Under the pieces are notes generated by a model that did no database searches, was not told the origin of the DNA, and worked only from the letters and a program-made list of their open reading frames with translations. 64,000 nt of DNA from Octopus vulgaris (lineage: Eukaryota): NCBI GenBank assembly GCA_951406725.2, contig OX597830.1:25792001-25856000 (forward strand), given 5' to 3'. The stretch's first letter is position 1. Each line of letters starts with the position of its first letter. The position numbers and the translations under genes are program-made. Shown one piece after another: positions 42,541-52,928 of this stretch.

Positions 42541-43018
42541 TCTCTGCAACAACTACTTCAACTCGCGGAGCTCATTTCTCAGACAGGTCGCAGTTATCCC
42601 GATTTTATGGAAGAAATCAGCAGTCCAGGGTCCGAGAGCACTTGGGGGTCACGACGGCGTATAATATATCAAGTATAAATTCGGAAAGTCTACATCTCAT
42701 AAAAGGAATTTTTTTATACTATTTGCTTTTATTCTTTTTTCCTCTTTCGGTTGTAATTTGTTCTCTTTTTGGTTCAGTAAAATTTGAATAGATAAATAAT
42801 TGGACAAATGGTGGAGAACGACATTGGTCATTCAACGATCATTTAGTCGATGTGTTTGATGAACGTTTTCGAAGAGATAATCTATATAAAAAATCTGTTG
42901 TCTGCTTCATAGAACAGTAACTCTTTTCACGGACGGCAATACTTAAAATATAAACAAAACAAAACAAAACAAAAATAAATAAATAGCGCTTTAAATCTTA
43001 TAATAATTCTGCTTGTCA

Positions 43019-43229
43019 CTCCGTTATTTAGCCCGCCTGTAACACTTCCACGTGATTTAATTGAAGGCGGAGGGGAAGGGAGGGGAGATGGGAGGAGGAG
43101 GAAAGGGAAGGGGGAAGGGAGGGGTGGGAGGTAGAGGGAGAGGTTGTGGTGTGTGAAGTGTGGAATTATTTTTTGATCAAAGTATTTTTTCTCCGTTACT
43201 TGGTCCGCCTGTAATGTTTTCACGTGATT
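43019..43229. promoter_or_regulatory. Duplicated 39-bp module with MYB-like site and CACGTG E-box
   Basis: 43019-43057 and 43191-43229 match at 32/39; CCGTTA, CCGCCTGTAA and CACGTGATT blocks are unchanged. Confidence 0.5.
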
Positions 43230-43431
43230 AGATGAAAAGCGAAGATCGAAAGAAGGTTCAGTCTGATCTTTCTTTTCAGAGATGTTCTTTTGACTTTCAC
43301 GTAACGATTTGCCTTTCTGTTGATCATGTATTATACACGATATTCAATAAAAAGGCATGAATTATTGGGGCAAAGAAATTCATGAAAGTAAACAGGCAAC
43401 AGGACTATACATACATACATACATACATACA

Positions 43432-43511
<80 letters not shown>

Positions 43512-43525
43512 TATATGTGTGTATA

Positions 43526-43571
<46 letters not shown>

Positions 43572-43684
43572 TATATGTATATATGTATGTATATAGTTGA
43601 AATTTACAGAAACACAAAAGACGAAGACAGGTGTATAACCAATAAGCAGGTATATTAGTTTGACGCTCGGGAAGGGGAGAAAGT

Positions 43685-43720
43685 CTTTTACGTTTCGAGC
43701 CTACGCTCTTCAACAGAAAG
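43685..43720 (-). ncRNA. Minimal hammerhead-like motif (CUGUUGA core) in a PLE terminus
   Basis: Minus: CTTT-CTGTTGA-A-GAGC-gtag-GCTC-GAAA-CG-TA-AAAG; helices I and II fully paired. Confidence 0.65.
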
Positions 43721-43808
43721 AAACACGAGGGGACAGAATGAAAACAAAAACTTGTTAGCGGTCAATCATACTTTCACTCCCTATCAGTGCCTCATATATA
43801 CACACACC

Positions 43809-43881
<73 letters not shown>

Positions 43882-43890
43882 ATATATATA

Positions 43891-43962
<72 letters not shown>

Positions 43963-43965
<3 letters not shown>

Positions 43966-44386
43966 TCTCTTTACTTTTTCACTCTTTTACTTGTTTCAGT
44001 CATTTGACTGTGGCCATGCTGGAGCACTGCTTTTAGTCGAGCAAAACGACCCCAGGACTTATTCTTTGTAAGCCTAGTACTTATTCTATCGGTCTCTTTT
44101 GCTGAACCGCTAAGTTACTGGGACGTAAACACACCAGCATCGGTTGTCAAGCGATGTTGGTGGGTACAAACACAGACACACAAACATATACACACACACA
44201 AACATATATATTATACATATATACGACAGGCTTCTTTCAGCTTCCGTCTACCAAATCCACTCACAAGGCTTTGGTTGGTCCGAGACTATATTAGAAGACA
44301 CTTGCCCAAGGTGCCACGCAGTGGGACTGAACCCGGAACCATGTGGTTTGTAGGCAAGCTACTTACCACACAGCCACTCCTACGCC
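43963..44386 (-). mobile_element. Full-length SINE family A copy
   Basis: Reverse complement of 29638-30026 with a longer internal repeat. Confidence 0.9.
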
Positions 44387-44405
44387 TATATAAATATATA
44401 TATAT

Positions 44406-44720
44406 ATTATATTAAATTAGAGACAAAACTACTATTAGGCAAATCAAACAATGAAAAACTTAAGCCAATACATAAGACTAATTTATATTATTTAAATATA
44501 TAACAAAATTATTAAAAAAATATAATCAATATAATTAATGACTGCGACTCAAAAATTTGAAGGAGTTAGCAGGCATAAAACGATCGTAGTGTGATATTAA
44601 TTATATTTTTTTAATAATTTTGTTATATATTTAAATAATATAAATTAATCTTATGTATTGGCTTAAGTTTTTCATTGTTTGATTTGCCTAATAGTGGTTT
44701 TGTCTCTAATTTAATATAAT
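44406..44720. repeat. Inverted repeat, about 125-bp arms (AT-rich family also near 7560, 18820-19110 and 63830-64000)
   Basis: 44406-44533 versus 44594-44720; spacer contains AAAC-GATC-GTA, a hammerhead helix-III-like remnant. Confidence 0.85.
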
Positions 44721-44796
44721 ATAATATTTTACTATAAAATTGGATTTAATCCTAAATCTGATTTTTCCCTGTAAGTTTGGATTTATTCCCTAATAT

Positions 44797-44827
<31 letters not shown>

Positions 44828-44863
44828 ACAGATTTTGTTGAATTTTCTGCTGCTTTAAATAAA

Positions 44864-44951
<88 letters not shown>

Positions 44952-45709
44952 TATTATGTCTGGAGCGAGAGGTTTGTAGATTACCTCATTCGGTAAATTA
45001 CCAATGTGTCACAAAACGGAAAACGAAAACAACACACATACGCATCACACAGACACGTACACATGCAGTACATAACAATGGACCGTATATGTGGTCATTC
45101 GAGCTTCAACAAACAGCAGAGAAATTTCGCTCAAGTTACGCAATGACCTCTTCAACAAAGACTATATTAGACAAAGCTATTCTTGGCGTAAAAAAAAAAA
45201 CATACACATGCAATGTGGTCACGGCTGGAATGCTTATTGTTTACAGTTGGGTTTTTCCATGAAAGCTTGGTTGGAGATTTCGCAAGAATGATAAACGTCA
45301 CCACTCCACGCCACCAGTATAAGCACCAGAATTGACTCCAGCATCCTGCCCACTACCTCCGCCGCAACTACCGCATCTGACAACAGAATCACCAACATCA
45401 CCATCACCACCACCACCACCACCACCACCACCACTACCAACACTAATACTACCAATACCACCAACACCATCATCACCACCACTACCACCACCACCACCAC
45501 CACCATCACCACCACACCGCCACCACTACCACCGCCGCCGCTGGTAGCGCTCTCAGCTCTACTACACCCCAGCACCATCATCCCTACCAGCACCACTAGC
45601 AGCACCACCACCGCCACAAGCAGCAGCAACACGCATCTTCACTCACCAGCACCAGCACCACCACTGCACATAACTTGCAGCGCCACCACTTACACCACCG
45701 CACACACAT

Positions 45710-45746
<37 letters not shown>

Positions 45747-46234
45747 GCAACTCTTACCATTACTCCACCAGCAGTAGCACCACCACCACCTATTGAAAGT
45801 GTTAGATGATATCTGAGAGAGCTATGTGGACAACAGGTAATGTGACCCAAGACGGTGAGAATGAGAGAAGAGCTGGTAACATTCCACCTCTTACTATAGA
45901 ATACGAAATTTTTCCTATCATTCACCCGACAGTAAATCAAAATTCCATGAATAAAATCTGTAATTCTGTATTGACTCGAATGGGAAAAATATCTCGCTCA
46001 AGAAGGACTTTGAACAATTTTCATGATGTTTCATATTTAGATGCTTTTTAAAAACCCATTCAGTTGCTTAACAGAAATAAATCTTGGAATTAGATGTTTT
46101 GATTTACTGTCAGGTGACTTTTGGCCAGCCCTGTACATATATACATATTATTAATTTGCCTGTATGGCTGGTATTCGCTGTCACTAGCGACGGTGGTATT
46201 TTAAATAGTATTGTCGCTCTCGTATTTACTTATG

Positions 46235-46327
<93 letters not shown>

Positions 46328-46584
46328 GTTATGTATATGTGTGTATATTATTCCCCCCTCCCCCAACAACAACACTGCTTAACAACTGGTGCTGGTGAAT
46401 CCATGTCTCCGTAATATATCGGTCGGGCAATAACAGATCGATAGAGTAAATACTAGTCTTTTCAAAAATATAAGTCCTAGGGTTGATCATATTCGACTAA
46501 AAGTTCTTCATGGCTATGCTCTAGCATGGCCGCAGTCTAACAACCAAAAGAACTACGAAAAATTATTTTTAAAATGTTAAAAAG

Positions 46585-46808
46585 ACAACAAGTGTAGGAT
46601 GTGCAAAAATCGAGAATGAAGACATCAACCGCATAATTGCCAAATGCGAGAGATTGTCCTCCAGAAATAATCCACTGTTGAGGCATGAGGCGGTGGCCAA
46701 AACAGTCTGGACTAAGAAACCAGGAACAGACGAAGTTGACAATATTGAAACCGATGGCTAAAGGGATATTGATGGGACTTTAAAATTAAAACAGTCACCA
46801 AATTAAAA
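46585..46808 (+). mobile_element. Decayed RLE-LINE zinc-knuckle fragment
   Basis: KCRMCK/IENEDINRIIAKCERLS...LRHEAVAKTVW (one frameshift) parallels CRFC...ETIDHLVSGC...RHDRV. Confidence 0.6.
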
Positions 46809-46998
46809 CGTTCTATATTTAAGAGATGAGGAATAATGTACATTATTTACATTTGATCGAAAAGTAAATTAGGAATGAGAACCCAGGTTCGAAATTTCCA
46901 CAAGACACCTGATGATATATTCAAAATGTGACCGCGTGTGTACCGTTGGCGATTTTTTTCCCTCTGTCTTCCTTTCTCTGGATCTTTCCTTCTCCTAT

Positions 46999-47033
46999 GT
47001 TTCCGACGAAGAGCTCCGCTCGAAACGTTAAAC
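46999..47033 (+). ncRNA. Minimal hammerhead-like motif (U4C-mutated) in a PLE-like terminus
   Basis: GTTT-CCGACGA-A-GAGC-tcc-GCTC-GAAA-CG-TT-AAAC; same family as 63380-63560. Confidence 0.55.
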
Positions 47034-47149
47034 CCTCCTTCTTTCCTTCTTTCCTGAGCGTCCAATAATACTATATTTGCTCCACGTCCTCGCTTTGTTG
47101 TGTGTTTTTTTGTGCTTTCTTGTTTGGATTAACTATATATATATTTATG

Positions 47150-47203
<54 letters not shown>

Positions 47204-47257
47204 TAGATAGATAGATAGATAGATAAGAAAGTTGGTTTGTGAAAGCACGTGGGTGAA

Positions 47258-47436
47258 TATATAGAAAATAGTAAAGAGTGAAAAAACGACAGAAGGCTTA
47301 AATGTTAAAAAATATATATATATTTGCGTCAATATGTCTTTTAAAAATTTTCTAATATTCTTCAGACATATTGACGCAAATATATATATATTTTTTAACA
47401 TTTAAGCCTTCTGTCGTTTTTTCACTCTTTACTATT

Positions 47437-47444
<8 letters not shown>
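47258..47444. repeat. Near-perfect inverted repeat, about 82-bp arms
   Basis: 47258-47339 versus 47363-47444, running into (TA)n. Confidence 0.9.
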
Positions 47445-47492
<48 letters not shown>

Positions 47493-47773
47493 TTGTGTAT
47501 CTGTGTTGTCCTCCCACCATTGCTTGACAAACGATGTTGTGTTTACGTCCCCGTTACCTAGCGGTTCAGCAAAAGATACTGATAGAATAAGTACTAGGCT
47601 TACAAAGAATAAGTCCTGAGGGTTTTGTGCAACTAAAGGCAGTGCTCCCGCATGGCCGCAGTCAAATGACTGAAACAAGTAAAAGAATAAAAGAGTATGG
47701 TGCCCCAGCATGGCCGCGGTCTTCGGGCTAAAACCTTTTTAAGGATTTAAGGATTTTTAAGGATATATATATA

Positions 47774-48016
47774 TATAGGTTTGGCCAAAAGTCTGCCGGC
47801 AGTAAATCAAAATTCCATAAAATACTTAATATTCAATTTTACTCATTCATTCCAATTATGAATGTCTAATAATTGAATGCTGTGAGTTAAAATCACCATT
47901 TTCTTCCAACATTTGTGTATTTATTAGCGAAGTCTTATATAAAATAATATTATATTTTGATCTTGGAATTGAATAGTTTTTGATTTAGTGTTAGGTGACT
48001 TTTGGCCAACGCTGTA
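47774..48016. mobile_element. Tc1/mariner-type MITE
   Basis: TA-flanked TIRs TTGGCCAAAAGTC...AGTAAATCAAAA / TTTTGATTTA...GACTTTTGGCCAA; related copy at 45921-46135. Confidence 0.7.
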
Positions 48017-48615
48017 AATGTAAAAATCAGCCTCACCGCTACGGCAGACGTCTTATTTACAAATACAGGATCTAAAGTGCATAATATGTATTTGATTAAA
48101 TAATGCTAAGCCATCTGTGACCTCCCACTACACTTCTGAACACAATGCTTACACCATGATATGTAGCGCAGCGCTTATGCTCCCATTGAAAAAGATTGTA
48201 TACAGGAAAATCCAGTGTTTCATGGGAAAACACGTCTGCATATAAAAAGAAAAGTTTATTTGATTTGTCATTGACTCTTATGCGGAAAGAATGAATTTTA
48301 GAAAACTTCATTGATAATTTTATATGTACACCCCTCCAACACACACACACAAACAAACACAATATATACATAAATAATATATATATGCATATATATAATA
48401 TATATATATATATTTATATATGCATACATATAATATACATCCTTTCTATTATAGGCACAAGGCCAGAAGTTTTGGGAAAGGGGACTAGTCGATTACATCG
48501 TTCCCAGAATTTGACTGGTACTCAATTTCACCGAAAGGATGACAAGCAAATTCGACTCTGGTGAAGCAATTAGCTGACCCCTGATTATAATTATGTTTAT
48601 AATTATAAAACATGC

Positions 48616-48687
<72 letters not shown>

Positions 48688-49060
48688 TATATCTATGTAC
48701 ATATATATATATATATATATATATACGCACACATATATATATACATATATATATATTTATAATATATATATTCATATATCCTATGTACATATATATATAT
48801 ATACATACATATATGTACGTATACACACATATATACATACATGTATATATAATATATATATGTATATATATATATATGATATATATACATATCCATATGT
48901 ACACACACACATATATATACATATATGTATGTATATATACATATATATGTGTATATATATATATAATCATATATATATGTACATATATATATACATATAT
49001 ATATATATGTATAGATATATGGATATATATGTATATATGTATGTATGTATACATGCATAC

Positions 49061-49110
<50 letters not shown>

Positions 49111-49135
49111 CCCTCTCTTTCCTTATATTTTCTAG

Positions 49136-49313
49136 CTTCAGCTGTGGTTCTCGCTGCTGTGTGTGGGTGTTTGGTAGTCGTCGCCATTTTGTTGTTCATC
49201 TGGAGAATGTACAGCAAGAAACGGAGCAGCACTCAGAATTATGATGAAATCGAAACCGATAATAACGCCGCCCCTTTAAGCGACACACCGTTCTGCAGCA
49301 CGACCTCAATAAA
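49136..49313 (+). CDS. Internal coding exon of a single-pass (type I-like) membrane protein: TM helix plus start of the cytoplasmic tail
   Basis: Acceptor ctctctttccttatattttctag|, donor |gtaagta; 178 bp, phase 1 to phase 2; reads [58 protein letters not shown]. Confidence 0.8.
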
Positions 49314-50302
49314 GTAAGTATTATACACAAGGTTTTCTGTTTTTCTTATCAAGTTTCAATTATAAATGCTGAATGTTCAATTACAAGTGTGTTCTATTGA
49401 AGGGGCTTCCACTTAAGACCTGACTTGGTTGTGTCTTTATATATTTTATGCGTACTTGGGAACGATTGTAGTTTGAAGGGTTTATGAAAAATTACAGTTG
49501 CTCTGCTTGTTGTTGTTGATGATGTTTATTCGAAGTCGGCTTTTATGTTGTAGACCTAGGAATTAAAAGCATTCCAGCCGTGACCATCACTTTATTTTCA
49601 TGGCTTCGTATCTCACGTCTCTTGAGCAAATTAGCCAGTATTATCTAGTATTATTTGTCCACTTTGAACAAAAAAGTGCGATTGCCACTGGAGGGAGATT
49701 TGGTATAACTTCTTGTAAATCCTGCAACCAAGAATGGTTTAACGATTTCTTCGTCGTTAGATAGGGAGGAGGTAGTACAACACGTTATCCTATACATACA
49801 AGCACTATACTGGTTTCGAATTTTTGCACAAGGCCAGCAAGGTCGAGGAAGGCTTTAGTTGATTACAGCAACCCAGTGCGCAACTGGTACTTATCGACCC
49901 CGAGAGGATGAACAGTATAGTCGGCCTCAGCGAAATTTGAACTCAGAATGTCAAGTCAAGCGAAATGCCGCTAAGCATTTTGCCCGGTGTGTTAATGATT
50001 CTGCACGTTCACTACCCTCGTACGAACACTATATTGTGAGTTATGGAAGTAAAATATAAAATGTAAACACATTTGCTAATGTACTGATATTTATAAAAAA
50101 CAATTACAAGACGCCCCCCCCCCAAACAAAAAAATTATAGACAACAACTCATAGAAAGAATACACCTGAAATTAAAGAGAAAAGTTAGTGACAAGACATT
50201 AAATGCTATTACAAAGCCTTGAATGAATCCTAGAAAAACTGTTTGTGTATACAAAGAATGCAGAAGATACCTCTGTAAAGAAAAAGACTACAACGGAAAG
50301 AA

Positions 50303-50336
<34 letters not shown>

Positions 50337-50544
50337 ACACACACACACATAGAGTTTCCATGTACAATTCCTCTCACAAGACATGAAAGACACACAAACC
50401 AGAAGGTACCACACCGTAGGATGAAACTCGAAACTACGTCCTTGTGAAGTGATCCTCTTATCCACACAGCCAGCCATTTCCGTAGGCAAAGTTACGTGAA
50501 CGCCATAAGCGATGGCATGACTGTGTGGTAAGAAGCTTGCTTCC

Positions 50545-52453
50545 ACTGCGCATGTGCGAATAATTGTGGGGTTCGGCACCAAAGCGGTGAGACATGCTTT
50601 TGAAGCCGTCTCGAATTGAAAAAGTTTGAAGCTCCATTGTAAGGTAAGATTCTGTTTTTTTTTGGGGTGTCCAGTGGGAATTTTTGTTGAGAATTATTTT
50701 TGTACAGGCAGGAAGTCCTACTGGATTCAGAATTCTGGTTCTGCCTGCATGGAGCGAATATTTTTTTCTCGCAGAATTGTGAGAACTTTTGTTTGGGGGT
50801 TAGGGTTCTCCTTCCTAGTTGTCGGTTTATGTTGAGTTATTTTTCTCAATTATGAGAATTGTTGCTTAGTGGAGTATGGTGTCTACTAAAAATTTACTTT
50901 TTGAAGAATTTTAAAATAATTGTGAAAACTGCTGTTTGGGGGAGTGTCTTCGCCTCCGAAGATTAAACAATTTGTATACCAATTTTTGTGGAAATTGTGT
51001 TCCAGTTGTGGCGTGCCGGGTTCAACCTAGGCCGGGAGCACGGAATGGCCGGAAGATTTTTTTTGGTGTGTTTCTGAACTATTGAACTATTGACTTTCTT
51101 TCTTCATTCTTGTTTATTGTGACTTTCTTTTGATTTCTTATCTCTTATTAAGTTTTATTTTGAACATATTTTCAAAAAAAAAAGAAGCATGGCAATGAAA
51201 AAAGTCAAAGTTTTGGAGTGGGAGATTGTGCCGCCCCAAAGGTGGTTGAAAGACCGTGAAGATAGGACGGTGGTTTTGAGAACCTACTCCACGTCACTCG
51301 ACACCATCGCCCTGTTCGAAAAGACGGCAATTGAAAAGGAGTTGACAGAGTATTTGCCAACAATTAAATTCATTTACAGGGGTGTCAAATACTCAACTGT
51401 GTGGTTGCTATTTGATACCCCTGAAATGGCTCACAAATTTGCGAGTCAGCCCTTGGAGGGTGAGGAAATTTTACTTCTTCCCACGTACTGTGGGAGGAGG
51501 TTGACGAAAGCTGGGGTCTGCGGGTTGCCACCTGGGTAAAACCCGAGTGGATAGAGGAGACTATCCGCCGGGGTCTGGGTGGCAGCGGAACCAAGCTTCT
51601 TAATGTGAAAGTTCTTCCTGCGGCTGATTGGGTTGGGTCAAAAGCTGTTTTGACCCTTTGGACAATTCAGCCAATCTGGTTTTTCCAGATTTTTTGAAAA
51701 TGGCCGGATGCAGGTATCCGGTGATTCTTGAGGGTCTCCCCCCCCCCTCCAGCAGGTGTCATCGGTGCCTGGAGTCTGGCCATATAAAGAAAAACTGTCC
51801 CCAGGAACAAAATAAGGTCCCGCAGATAGCTGTAGAGGTCATAACGTTTGACGTGACGTTTATGCTGAAGGGGTTCAATGAGGAATATCGCTTGTACCCG
51901 GGCGATGCCGACACGGAACCCGCTTTGATCTTGAGTGAGGCGTGGAGGATGGAGGAGGATGCGGGCACAAGCGATGTTGAGGATGAGTTATAAATTGTGG
52001 CACTGTGTAATACAAACATTTGATAATAGGCACTTCGCCCTCTTCTTTCTCAACCTCCAGCTGGCAACGTGGACTGCTCTGCAGGCAGCTAGATATTTGA
52101 CTGGGGGTCCGGAAGGAGGAGGAGGAAGGGAAAAGTGATAGTGTATTTTTGATGTTTGATTGACTTATTGATGTTTATATAAGAAAAGAACCTGTGATTG
52201 AACTATGTTGTTGTTTGTAATGGACTGTTAAGTCCAAAAATTGAAAAGTAAAAGTTGTAAGAGGTTTAATACCCCGTTTTGTGTTTGGTTTTAAAGAACA
52301 ATGTTTTAGAGAAGCAGAAGTCGGCGGGCGCTTTTTGTCTTCTCCCATCTTTATCATCTTTCTTTCATTATCATTCATTTCATTAATGTCCTTGTTCAGC
52401 CCGCAAAGCTACTTTACTCTATGTACTGCCTTTATGGAAAATGCAATGAAATA
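50545..52453 (+). mobile_element. ORF1-only Tx1/L1-type element (HAL1-like) with 15-bp TSD, inserted in a SINE head
   Basis: TSD AAGAAGCTTGCTTCC at 50530-50544 and 52454-52468; ORF1-like protein in 51189-51993; AATAAA at the 3' junction; no RT. Confidence 0.8.
51189..51993 (+). pseudogene. Tx1/L1 ORF1-like protein (RRM-like region plus CCHC zinc knuckle), two frameshifts
   Basis: ...VCGLPPG/VKPEWIEETIRRGLG.../FPDFLKMAGCRYPVILEG...CHRCLESGHIKKNCP (CX2CX4HX4C). Confidence 0.75.
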
Positions 52454-52605
52454 AAGAAGCTTGCTTCCCAACCATATGGTTCGGAGTTCAGCCCCACTGC
52501 ATGATACCTTGGGTAAGTGTCTTCTACTATAGCCGAGGGCTGAGCTAAGACTTGTGAGCGGATATGGTAGACGGAAACCGAAAGAAGCCTGTCGTATAAA
52601 TATAT

Positions 52606-52771
<166 letters not shown>

Positions 52772-52879
52772 GTGGGAGGGGCTTCCTTGCCCGGATTGGC
52801 CTCACCAGCCACCTCAGGTCTCATGGCGGCAGTTCCATCAGATGATGTCAGTTGGTCATCTTCGAACCGAAGGACGAAC

Positions 52880-52928
<49 letters not shown>

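Noticed and set aside
45234-45700. Poly-Val / Pro / Thr-rich ORFs
   Set aside because: Degenerate CCA/CAC repeat with no supporting gene structure.
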